Source: a virus. From it: a stretch of DNA of 64,000 bases. Below the pieces are notes generated by a model. That model worked only from the letters and a program-made list of their open reading frames with translations. It searched no databases and had not been told where the DNA came from. Location of the stretch: the IMG/VR virus record IMGVR_UViG_3300032092_000004, positions 89,131 to 153,130 of that record, one strand, 5' to 3'. Positions within the stretch are counted from its first letter, which is position 1. Each line of letters begins with the position of its first letter. Both the position numbers and the translations under genes were made by a program. Shown here in pieces: positions 28,503 to 37,510 of this stretch.

Positions 28503-29602
28503 AAAATCCAACAGGAAATAAATTAGAGAAACTTATCTTTGGGATGTTTGACCAAATGGTTGAAGGTGCCGACAAGTATGTGACAAAACAAGAATCGACT
28601 TGGTTGATCTTCACCGAAGACAAAAGATGGGTGATTGAGTTCACAAGAGATAAAACCTTATGGTTCAATTATAACATATTCCAAAGTGAGTTGGAACTAA
28701 TCGGTAAGGACTGTACCGAAGAAAGAGATTTGATTAAGAGATGGTTTGAATCAAGATTTTTGAATAAACCAAAGGTGAAAGAGGCCCATCATGTTGATGT
28801 TATGAAGTTTTTTGATAAAAAAATGGAAAATACAATTGAAAATGGGGTGAAGAACACCTTGGGTAAAAACTATGACCCTACGCGAGGTGTTGAAGACATC
28901 ATTCAAAATGGAGTGAAACGCACCGAAGTCGATGAACACAAAATCATATCCGATATTAAAGATGTGATTCAAAATGGTGTGAAGGAAACAAAACGCAATT
29001 ATGACGGTTCAAGAAAACAGAGAACAAAATACGTCATTGAAAATGGGGTGAAGGAAGCAACACCTAGCGGTTATTTGGGTTCAATAGAGATGAAAGGTAA
29101 AATAGTTCATCAAATTGAATCTCCAAAACAAAATAATGAGGTTGAAGACACCATTCAAAATGGTGTGAAGGAAACCAAAGAGAATAGACTTATTCGTACC
29201 ATAAGTGTTATAAGTACGATTAATAATGGTGTAAAAGAAACTAAAGAAAGTATGTTGGAAAGTTTGGAACAAATAGACCATCAGGTAACTAATTGTGAGA
29301 TTACCGAAAGTATTAACGACGTAATTGAAAATGGAGTTAAAGAAATTAAAGAAATTTCAAATATTAGTTTAACGTCTGAAATTTTTAAGGTTAAAGCAAA
29401 ACAAGCAATAAGTGATGGTGTTAAAGAAATACAACCACTACCAGCACAAGATGGTAATAGAGATTGGGGGTTATATTACCAAAGACAAGGAAACCTAACA
29501 AAACCACATACTGAATACGTGAAAGAAATAATTGAAGATTCTTACAATCATATGGGTAGAGTTGAGGGTGTAATTAGAAATACAGATAAAGATGGGATTT
29601 GA
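28499..29602 (+). CDS. Repeat protein with eight I(E/Q)NGVKET-like motifs
   Basis: Repeats visible in translation, separated by unrelated spacers. Confidence 0.75.
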   Translation: MKNPTGNKLEKLIFGMFDQMVEGADKYVTKQESTWLIFTEDKRWVIEFTRDKTLWFNYNIFQSELELIGKDCTEERDLIKRWFESRFLNKPKVKEAHHVDVMKFFDKKMENTIENGVKNTLGKNYDPTRGVEDIIQNGVKRTEVDEHKIISDIKDVIQNGVKETKRNYDGSRKQRTKYVIENGVKEATPSGYLGSIEMKGKIVHQIESPKQNNEVEDTIQNGVKETKENRLIRTISVISTINNGVKETKESMLESLEQIDHQVTNCEITESINDVIENGVKEIKEISNISLTSEIFKVKAKQAISDGVKEIQPLPAQDGNRDWGLYYQRQGNLTKPHTEYVKEIIEDSYNHMGRVEGVIRNTDKDGI

Positions 29603-29909
29603 TAAGAAGATATTAGATTTGAGTAGAACAATCTACCAAACATCTGTAATGGTATATGGGTCAAAACAGAATCCAACGGAACAGATTGGTAAGATAAAAG
29701 ATATGATCCGTGAGTTCATTAGAACAGAAGTTGTTCCTTATGAGTTGACAAATCAAGAAAAATTGTCTTTTATTTTAAAAAACGAGGGAATTATTAACGA
29801 GGCGGTTGTCAAAGGACACAAGGCAAGTAATGGAGACGAGTTCCAACCTGTCAGAGACAAAATAAGAAAATACAGAATTGAATTAGGAATTATTAAAGAT
29901 GGAAAATAA
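29592..29909 (+). CDS. Hypothetical protein
   Basis: 105-aa ORF. Confidence 0.6.
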   Translation: MGFDKKILDLSRTIYQTSVMVYGSKQNPTEQIGKIKDMIREFIRTEVVPYELTNQEKLSFILKNEGIINEAVVKGHKASNGDEFQPVRDKIRKYRIELGIIKDGK

Positions 29910-30084
29910 CATAGAACAAAGTCCTGTAGACTGGTTAGTTGATCAGTACAAAAAAGTTGGTGGGATTTCTATTAGTATGGCAGAAAAGGCCAAACAAATG
30001 GAGAATGAAAAATTGGAATCCCTCAAAGATTTTGAAACTTGGAAAGAATGGAAAAATAGACCAGAAGATGAACAAACTAGATAA
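29899..30084 (+). CDS. Hypothetical protein
   Basis: 61-aa ORF. Confidence 0.5.
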   Translation: MENNIEQSPVDWLVDQYKKVGGISISMAEKAKQMENEKLESLKDFETWKEWKNRPEDEQTR

Positions 30085-31048
30085 ACAATACCAAGATTTA
30101 CTCCAATCAATCTTAGATTACGGAGTTGAAAAGAAAGACAGAACAGGTACAGGAACCAAAAGTATTTTTGGTTATACCATTCGTCATAATATGCAAGATG
30201 GATTTCCAGTTCTTACAACCAAGAAAATGGCTTGGAAAACTATGGTAACCGAGTTATTATGGTTCCTTCGTGGCGATACAAACATCAAGTTCCTTGTTGA
30301 TAATAATTGTCATATTTGGGATGGTGATGCTTATAAACGATATAAAAATACTAATCCTGATAAATTAGCTAATGATGAAATGTTTGAAAAAGAGTATAGA
30401 ATAGATAATAAAACATTTAGATATTTTACTCAAGAAGAATTCATCAACAAAATCAAAACAAATGATGAGTTTGCTAAAAAGTGGGGTGAACTCGGTCCTG
30501 TGTATGGTAAGCAATGGAGAAAATGGGGTATTGAATGGGAAGACACTGAAAGTATCATATACATAGACCAAATTCAAAACCTAATCAACGACCTTAAAAC
30601 AAATCCTGACTCAAGACGATTGATGGTTAATGCTTGGAATGTAGGTGAATTAGACCAAATGACACTTCCACCTTGTCATTATGGATTTCAATGTTATGTC
30701 AGAGAGGGTAAATATCTTTCTTTAATGTGGAACCAACGTTCAGTAGATACATTTTTAGGCTTACCATTCAACATTGCATCTTATGGATTGTTACTTACAA
30801 TTTTGGCAAAAGAGGTAAATATGATTCCTGACCAATTGATTGGAAACTTGGGTGATACTCACTTATACTTAAATCATATTGAACAAGCGAAAGAACAGAT
30901 TGGTAGAGAACCATTTGAGTTACCGACACTAAATCAATTCCCAACTTATGAAGGGTCAAGACCAAGTATTGAATCTTATGTTGTAAGTGACTTCAGATTA
31001 AAAGATTATCAATCACAACCATCAATTAAAGCACCATTATCAAATTGA
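30068..31048 (+). CDS. thyA: Thymidylate synthase
   Basis: DRTGTGT, ELLWFLRG, LPPCH, QRSVD, PFNIASY, GDTHLY. Confidence 0.96.
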   Translation: MNKLDKQYQDLLQSILDYGVEKKDRTGTGTKSIFGYTIRHNMQDGFPVLTTKKMAWKTMVTELLWFLRGDTNIKFLVDNNCHIWDGDAYKRYKNTNPDKLANDEMFEKEYRIDNKTFRYFTQEEFINKIKTNDEFAKKWGELGPVYGKQWRKWGIEWEDTESIIYIDQIQNLINDLKTNPDSRRLMVNAWNVGELDQMTLPPCHYGFQCYVREGKYLSLMWNQRSVDTFLGLPFNIASYGLLLTILAKEVNMIPDQLIGNLGDTHLYLNHIEQAKEQIGREPFELPTLNQFPTYEGSRPSIESYVVSDFRLKDYQSQPSIKAPLSN

Positions 31049-31050
31049 TT

Positions 31051-31293
31051 ATGAGAACAATTAAAATTAGATTTGTAAAAAATAAAAAGGGTTATTACAA
31101 CATCCAAAGAAAGGGATGGTTTGGTAAATGGAAATATATTGGGTATTCCGTTGATATGGGATATGGTGGTTATCACTCATATTATAGTGGAGAAACAAAA
31201 GAGGTGTTACTTGAGGAAGTTTTAGATACACATTACGAAGTATGTAGAAAACATGTTGAGATTATAGAATACCCAACAATAAAAATTTATTAA
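31051..31293 (+). CDS. Hypothetical protein
   Basis: ~80-aa ORF. Confidence 0.55.
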   Translation: MRTIKIRFVKNKKGYYNIQRKGWFGKWKYIGYSVDMGYGGYHSYYSGETKEVLLEEVLDTHYEVCRKHVEIIEYPTIKIY

Positions 31294-31298
31294 AGATT

Positions 31299-32024
31299 AT
31301 GAATTACGGAAAAGAGTTTAGAAGTTTCGCAAAAAGCGAAGGAATTAGTTCACTGGCGTTGGACCAGTTTGAAGCATCACTAACCCCATACATTTTGGAG
31401 GAAAGAGAATTAAGAGCAACACAAATCGATATCTTCTCGAGATTGATGCGTGACCGTATCTTGTGGTTGTCAGGGCCTGTCGATCAAAGAATGTCTGACA
31501 TTGTACAAGCACAATTATTGTTTTTGGATTCAGTTGAGAAGAAAGACATCACACTTTATATCAATAGTCCTGGTGGTTCTGTGATGTGTGGTCTTGGAAT
31601 TGTAGATTTGATGAACTACGTAAGTTCAGATATTGTAACCACAAACTTGGGTATGTGTGCATCTATGGGTTCAGTTCTTGTGTCATCAGGAACAAAAGGA
31701 AAAAGATCATCTTTGATACACGCAAAAGTAATGACTCACCAAGTAAGTCACGGAACACGAGGAAACATCCAAGATACTCGTATTGATCAAATGGAAGGTG
31801 AAAAATACAATTACATCTTATTTAAAATCTTAGCCGAAAATTGTGGTAGAACATTTCAGGAGGTATTAGATTTTTCGTCAAGAGATAGATGGTACAATTC
31901 AGAAGAAGCAAAAGAGTTCGGACTTATTGATGATATAATCGGAGCGGATAAAAACAAATCAATTACAAACTACTTGGATGGTTTTGATGATTATTACAAG
32001 AAAGAAGTATTGGGTGTGAAGTAA
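31299..32024 (+). CDS. clpP: ATP-dependent Clp protease proteolytic subunit
   Basis: DIFSRL, YINSPGGSV, CASMGS (Ser), MTHQ (His), RDRW (Asp). Confidence 0.94.
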   Translation: MNYGKEFRSFAKSEGISSLALDQFEASLTPYILEERELRATQIDIFSRLMRDRILWLSGPVDQRMSDIVQAQLLFLDSVEKKDITLYINSPGGSVMCGLGIVDLMNYVSSDIVTTNLGMCASMGSVLVSSGTKGKRSSLIHAKVMTHQVSHGTRGNIQDTRIDQMEGEKYNYILFKILAENCGRTFQEVLDFSSRDRWYNSEEAKEFGLIDDIIGADKNKSITNYLDGFDDYYKKEVLGVK

Positions 32025-32061
32025 ATATTTACACCCAAATATTTTTAATTAAAATTAAATT

Positions 32062-32352
32062 ATGGAAAAAGAAATATTAAAAGAAACGGTAAGCAAAGAA
32101 AGACCAGCACCGCAAAAGAAAAGAAATTACAAACCAAGAAAGAAAAAAGAAACTAAACAAGAAGAATTTACAGGTTTAGAAATGGAAATGGTCCAAAGAT
32201 CAAATGAAATACATAGTATCATAAAACCAAACCAAGCAGGTTCTTACAAGGTTGGAAAGAACTTTCACATTTTCTTTGAGAAAAAACCAAATTCAATACA
32301 CAGATTCTTCACCAAATTATTTTTGGGTTGGATATGGCAAGACCAAAAATAA
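32062..32352 (+). CDS. Hypothetical basic protein
   Basis: 96-aa ORF. Confidence 0.6.
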   Translation: MEKEILKETVSKERPAPQKKRNYKPRKKKETKQEEFTGLEMEMVQRSNEIHSIIKPNQAGSYKVGKNFHIFFEKKPNSIHRFFTKLFLGWIWQDQK

Positions 32353-32582
32353 AAAGAATTCATGTGAATCAACATCACATCAGATCTAATAAAACAAAAG
32401 GAACTGATCTACCTGTCATTACAATAAAGGAAGGTAAAACAAATACCTATTGTAATGAAGTTGAAATCTTAGGTCCAAGTAAAATTATATATGGTGGATC
32501 AGGTTGTGATGAAAAACCACTTTTGAGTTGTGGAGCAAGAGTGGTGATTGAAACTACAAGTGATATAAATATTATATCATAA
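32334..32582 (+). CDS. Hypothetical phage protein
   Basis: IHVNQH...PLLSCGARVVIET. Confidence 0.7.
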   Translation: MARPKIKRIHVNQHHIRSNKTKGTDLPVITIKEGKTNTYCNEVEILGPSKIIYGGSGCDEKPLLSCGARVVIETTSDINIIS

Positions 32583-32608
32583 AAAAACCCCGAGTGATCG
32601 GGGTTTTG
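32581..32608. terminator. Bidirectional intrinsic terminator
   Basis: AAAACCCCGA-gtga-TCGGGGTTTT between convergent genes. Confidence 0.82.
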
Positions 32609-32612
32609 TGTT

Positions 32613-33449
32613 TTACTTAAGTAAGTTGTAATACTCTTTAAAGTGTTTGATTCTATCAGGTAAACCAATAGTCCCACCATTCACTCTCTTTGTTACCGCA
32701 GTAACCGTAGCATCGTCAGCACCTTTATCACATATTGCCCACAATTTGTTTGAGTCAAAGAAGAATGCTGCCGAAGCCAAAGGATATTTTGTTGCAACTA
32801 AATCAGGATTAGAAACACAATCTTCACCAATAAATTTTGTGAAGTTAGTATAGTTCGCTTTACCTGTTAATTGAATGTAACCTCTTCCTCTAAACTTAAA
32901 ACCTTCTTTAGATGCTTCATCACCGTTACCCATTCTTGATGCGTAAACACGAGCGGCAATCTTTTCAGGTTGACGAGCGTAAGACTCATTTAGATTACCA
33001 GGGAAATACTTACCGAAGATCTTTTTCAAACCATCCGCAGAGTAATTTAAGTTCTCACTAACCGCTTTGAAATTACCTGATTCATGACCACATTGTGCCA
33101 AAAAATGAGCTAGTCTCAAATTATTTGTGATATTGAATTTTTTCGCGGTGTCAGGAATCTGAGCAAGAACCGCATCAGGAACATGACCTTTTAATTTTTC
33201 AATATTTAATGGACCTCCCGATGGGATAACCACATCCTCTTTGATTACTTCTGTGGTAGGTTTTGACTCACCAAATAGTTTTGCCCATGTTGCATCACCA
33301 ACGATACCATCATCTTTTAAACCATTTGATTTTTGCCAAGCTTTAACCGCAGCTTCTGTTTTAGGTCCAAATTTTCCTATGGCTTCTACGCCTAATTTTT
33401 CTTGGAGTTTTTTTACATCAGCCCCTTCTGATCCAACTTTTAGTATCAT
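32613..33449 (-). CDS. Endolysin: PG-binding domain plus GH19 lysozyme/chitinase
   Basis: LKVGS.G.DVKKLQ...DGIVG; AHFLAQCGHES, FRGRGYIQLTG, VNGG. Confidence 0.9.
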   Translation of the reverse strand: MILKVGSEGADVKKLQEKLGVEAIGKFGPKTEAAVKAWQKSNGLKDDGIVGDATWAKLFGESKPTTEVIKEDVVIPSGGPLNIEKLKGHVPDAVLAQIPDTAKKFNITNNLRLAHFLAQCGHESGNFKAVSENLNYSADGLKKIFGKYFPGNLNESYARQPEKIAARVYASRMGNGDEASKEGFKFRGRGYIQLTGKANYTNFTKFIGEDCVSNPDLVATKYPLASAAFFFDSNKLWAICDKGADDATVTAVTKRVNGGTIGLPDRIKHFKEYYNLLK

Positions 33450-33557
33450 AATTTTTGATTTTCCTATAAATAGTAAATTCTCAAACAAAGTAAAGATTTT
33501 AATATAAAAAAAACATCAGTTAGTGATTTTTAAGATACTTATTAGAAAAAGAGAATT

Positions 33558-34157
33558 ATGGGATACACAAGAGAACAGGTCGAGGCTGCCGTCAAAGCCA
33601 AAGGTTATGTTTACTTCGAAGACACAAACAACAAAGGGTTCGATGTAAACATTATAGGTATAAGAAATGCTGCTACTGGTCAAAAGGTAACAAATGCATT
33701 TGATGACTTATTAACAATAAGTTATAAAGATGAAACAGGTGCGTGGAAATATCACGAATGGCCGGCAACCACGGATCCTGGAAAAAAAGGTGTAATGGAA
33801 TATCACAACGCCGCAGGAGTTGCTAGACTTGTTGAAGGACAATACAGAGGTTCACACGGAATCGGTCTTCATCAAGGAAAGTACGAAGCATTAAAACAAG
33901 CAAAAAATGTTAAAGTTTATCGTGACCCAAATCGTGATTTAACTTATGACGAAACAAAAATTGCTGAAGGCGTATTTGGTATTAACATTCACAAGGCTGG
34001 TGCTGACTCAACTTATGTAGAGAATTGGAGTGAAGGATGTCAAGTCTTTAAAAAAGCTGCAGACTTTGAATCTTTTATGAAAATCTGTAGAAAGGCTAGA
34101 GACACTCACGGAAACTCTTTTACTTACACATTGATTGAAAGTTCGGACATAAAATAA
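33558..34157 (+). CDS. Putative L,D-transpeptidase-like (YkuD-type) protein
   Basis: GINIH...WSEGCQV His/Cys motif. Confidence 0.5.
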   Translation: MGYTREQVEAAVKAKGYVYFEDTNNKGFDVNIIGIRNAATGQKVTNAFDDLLTISYKDETGAWKYHEWPATTDPGKKGVMEYHNAAGVARLVEGQYRGSHGIGLHQGKYEALKQAKNVKVYRDPNRDLTYDETKIAEGVFGINIHKAGADSTYVENWSEGCQVFKKAADFESFMKICRKARDTHGNSFTYTLIESSDIK

Positions 34158-34186
34158 ATAAAAACTAAAACTTAAAAACCACGTAA

Positions 34187-36094
34187 ATGAAACAATTAAG
34201 AAGTCTGTTATTTGGACTTTTATTTTTATTACCATTCATTGGTAAAGCTCAAGTACCTGCGGCCCCTTCAAACGGATTGTGGGGAATTATTGCATCCCAA
34301 TATCAAGTTGGGACAACCGCACAAGGCACAACAGATGCGAAGATTACATTACAAAACACAACCCTTACAAAATTTGCGGGGGTACAGTTTAGAGTATTCT
34401 ACGATAATGTAGCGTTTACAAATGCAACCGTATCTCTTATCGGATCATCAACAAACTTAGACCTTCAGTTTATCACCAACACAACAAATGGTTACATTAC
34501 CATTACTTTGGTTTATACAGGTCCAAGTGCGACTTATACGATTCCAAATGGTGAGAGATTTTTAATTACCTTTACTCACGCACCAGCAGCAACATTTAAT
34601 AACTTGGCGTCTATTTCCAACTTAACTTGGACAGGACCTCAGTCTTTTACACCATATGCTGCTAAACAAGATGGTATGGATACCACATTAAGTGTTCATA
34701 ACTATGGTGGTGTGTTCACACCTGTTAACTTCGACTATCATGGAACATTCACTAATGTTACAGGTACTTCGGCTAAATATTTAAATTTAGCATTAGAAAG
34801 AAGACCATTCGGTGGAAACACTTGGACACAACATTCTACTTATGTTACAGATATCAACGGAGACTTCAATATTTCAGTTCCATTGGACACAACATATTGG
34901 GATGTAAGATTAGCGATTCAAGGAGACACTATGGGTGTGGGTAATATTATTTCATCAACAGATGCTCAGTTGATTAATCAGTGGGTTCTTGGAAACGGTA
35001 CCATGACTGGTTTTGATTATTATACAGCAGATGTTAACGGATCTAATAACACAACAATATCTGATGTGTGGGGTGTATTTGGTAGAATCTCAGGTAGATT
35101 TACTCAATGGCCTAACAACACAAAAGATGTTAAGTTCTTTACAGCATCTGAATACACAACTATTAACGGATCTGTAACTAACTACACATCAACAATTGCA
35201 GGTGTAACAAACTTTACATTTGATATCTTACCGGGTCAACCTGACTCTGTAGTTTATTATGTAATGGTTCCTGGTGATGCCAACGGAACAGGTTATCATA
35301 TGGCTCGTGTAACTCCTATCGAAGTATTGGTCGGACCAATACCAGGTTTAGAGTCACAAATTTATAATGTAATCGACACCAAAGTTGAGTATGATTTCCC
35401 AACTTCAACAATTGAAGTTAATGTACCTAACATTTCTGTAGATGCAGGAAACTTGGTTGAATTACCAGTTAAAGTTTTTACAAACGGAGAAGTGTTATCA
35501 TCACTTCAGTTTGGATTGAAATACGACACTGACCTATTAGAATTTAAAGGTGTGTATTCTTCATCAAATGCTATGGAATGGATTACATATGTAAATCCAA
35601 ACGATGGTCAAGTTGATTGGGGTGGATTTGATCCTACAAATAATGAACAACCATTAGTGAATGGGGATGAGGTTGTGACTCTACAATTTATTGCTAAACA
35701 ACCACAGAACCTATGGGAAGAAAGTCCTCTTTACACTTCTTTGAAGTTTGCGGGAACGACACAATCTAAAGATCTAACAATTACACCAACAAATGGAATC
35801 CTTCAAGTATTAAAAAGTAATATGGGTGAAGTAGTTGGGAATACAATTTCAGTAGTCCCTAATCCTGTTATTGATGAAGTAACAATTTCATTTGAAGTTA
35901 AAGAAACAACAAATGCAAATCTATCAATTTCAGATGTTGTTGGAAGAAAGTTAATTACGATCTTGGATGGTCAATTACCTAATGGAGAGTATAGCTATGT
36001 TGAGAACTTAGGTAGTTTAGATAGAGGTCTTTACTTAGTTACATTAAGTATGGAAAACGGAGAAACAAAAGTTTCAAAAATTGTAAAACAATAA
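34187..36094 (+). CDS. Secreted cohesin/dockerin protein with T9SS type A C-terminal sorting domain
   Basis: Signal peptide GKA|Q; two cohesin-like domains; ADVNGSNNTTISD dockerin; VPNPV...GLYLV...SKIVKQ CTD. Confidence 0.8.
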   Translation: MKQLRSLLFGLLFLLPFIGKAQVPAAPSNGLWGIIASQYQVGTTAQGTTDAKITLQNTTLTKFAGVQFRVFYDNVAFTNATVSLIGSSTNLDLQFITNTTNGYITITLVYTGPSATYTIPNGERFLITFTHAPAATFNNLASISNLTWTGPQSFTPYAAKQDGMDTTLSVHNYGGVFTPVNFDYHGTFTNVTGTSAKYLNLALERRPFGGNTWTQHSTYVTDINGDFNISVPLDTTYWDVRLAIQGDTMGVGNIISSTDAQLINQWVLGNGTMTGFDYYTADVNGSNNTTISDVWGVFGRISGRFTQWPNNTKDVKFFTASEYTTINGSVTNYTSTIAGVTNFTFDILPGQPDSVVYYVMVPGDANGTGYHMARVTPIEVLVGPIPGLESQIYNVIDTKVEYDFPTSTIEVNVPNISVDAGNLVELPVKVFTNGEVLSSLQFGLKYDTDLLEFKGVYSSSNAMEWITYVNPNDGQVDWGGFDPTNNEQPLVNGDEVVTLQFIAKQPQNLWEESPLYTSLKFAGTTQSKDLTITPTNGILQVLKSNMGEVVGNTISVVPNPVIDEVTISFEVKETTNANLSISDVVGRKLITILDGQLPNGEYSYVENLGSLDRGLYLVTLSMENGETKVSKIVKQ

Positions 36095-36116
36095 ACACAA
36101 AATAAACAAAAACAAA

Positions 36117-36455
36117 ATGTCAGAAGAAACACAAGAGACAAATGACGGAACATGGTCAGGATTAAAAAAGACCATCGTTGGTACATTATCAACAGTAATT
36201 GCTGGTGGTGGAACTTGGTTAGGTGTGATGTTATATGGTGGTGGTGAAGAAGAACCAAAAGAGGAAACAAAAACAGAACAAAATGGAGGTCAAGCACCAA
36301 TCACAATTAATGTACAACAAAACCAAGAGAATAAACAAAAAACTGAGAACAATAATGGTGGTGGTGTAGTTCGTGAAAGAATTATCGAAAGACCGGCACA
36401 ACAACCAGCAACACAACCTGAAAAACCAAAAAAGGTTGAAGAGGAATCTTGGTAA
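36117..36455 (+). CDS. Single-TM membrane protein with Q/N-rich tail
   Basis: One hydrophobic segment; low-complexity C-terminus. Confidence 0.65.
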   Translation: MSEETQETNDGTWSGLKKTIVGTLSTVIAGGGTWLGVMLYGGGEEEPKEETKTEQNGGQAPITINVQQNQENKQKTENNNGGGVVRERIIERPAQQPATQPEKPKKVEEESW

Positions 36456-36488
36456 TAAAAAATAAATTATAAAAAAATTAAAAATAAA

Positions 36489-36770
36489 ATGGCACAAAAG
36501 AAAACAAAAAAATCATTCTTGGTTAGAATGTTTATGGATAAAAATGACATCAACGAGAAATCAATTGTAGGTTTTGGATCGTTTTTGATGATGGTGATTT
36601 GTCTTGGTGTTGATATCTACACAGGATTACACGGACAAGAAATGCCAATTAACAAATTCATCTACGATGGTTTTTTATGGATCACTTTAGGTTCATTTGG
36701 TATTGCTTCAGTTGACAAATACTTGTCAGGTAAAAATCAAACTAACGAGGAAGAAGAAGTAGAAGGATAA
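36489..36770 (+). CDS. 2-TM membrane protein (holin-like)
   Basis: Two TM segments, charged termini. Confidence 0.55.
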   Translation: MAQKKTKKSFLVRMFMDKNDINEKSIVGFGSFLMMVICLGVDIYTGLHGQEMPINKFIYDGFLWITLGSFGIASVDKYLSGKNQTNEEEEVEG

Positions 36771-37510
36771 TGAAAAGAATACTTTACATATTATCACTTT
36801 TATTGATTGGATGTAAAACAGTACAAGCCCAACCCCCTCAAAAAGGAGGGGGTATTGGCTCTGTTAAGACAGAACAATATGTTGCTGATTTTGAAAAGAA
36901 ACAATCAATAGACTCGGTTGCTGATTACGACGGATCAATTCAGGTTCCCATCCAATTATTAAAGATTGGTATCAACGAAGAACTTTATGAATTATATCCT
37001 GAGTTAAAAGATAAAAGAGTAGGTCTTGGCGTAACGAATATCGTAATCGAATATTTGGAATACACTAACAGATTTATTTTTACCGAAGAAAAGGAAGAGA
37101 TCAAACAAAGAATGATTGCTCAAGACAAAGCATCAGACAAGGGAGTATCTTCAAACAAAATCGAAGTGAAAGGTAATGTTGTATTAGCTAAATACTTTGT
37201 TTATATTGAGGTGTATGATTTCTCGGTATCTGAGGACGAAGTTGTAAAAGTTAATGGACAACAAACTGTAAATCAAACTACAAGATTAGGTCTTCAGATC
37301 AAATTTGTAGATGCTGAAACAAGTCAAGTGATTGTAGGATCAGGACTTGGAGAAGCCGTAACAATTAAAACAACATCAATCTTGGGTGATATCTCAGATG
37401 ATGTTAAATTCAATCAATCAACCGTAGGTATATCTACAAAAAAAGCTTTAGAGACAGCGTCATCAAGAGTTGTAACTAGACTTATATCAAAAGGTGTATT
37501 TCCAAAGTGA
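36770..37510 (+). CDS. CsgG/HfaB-like lipoprotein
   Basis: LLIGC lipobox; GLGVTNI..EYL..TNRF, VYDFS, QIKFVDAETSQV..GSGLG. Confidence 0.7.
   Translation: MKRILYILSLLLIGCKTVQAQPPQKGGGIGSVKTEQYVADFEKKQSIDSVADYDGSIQVPIQLLKIGINEELYELYPELKDKRVGLGVTNIVIEYLEYTNRFIFTEEKEEIKQRMIAQDKASDKGVSSNKIEVKGNVVLAKYFVYIEVYDFSVSEDEVVKVNGQQTVNQTTRLGLQIKFVDAETSQVIVGSGLGEAVTIKTTSILGDISDDVKFNQSTVGISTKKALETASSRVVTRLISKGVFPK

Noticed and set aside
28830-29430. CRISPR-like repeat/spacer pattern
   Set aside because: Repeats are in frame, vary at synonymous positions and have irregular spacing; they are protein repeats and no cas genes are present
29939-30067. N-terminal extension, intron or intein in thyA
   Set aside because: The upstream in-frame stretch overlaps another ORF and the true start is ATG 30068; the internal insertion is short and lacks intein or intron hallmarks
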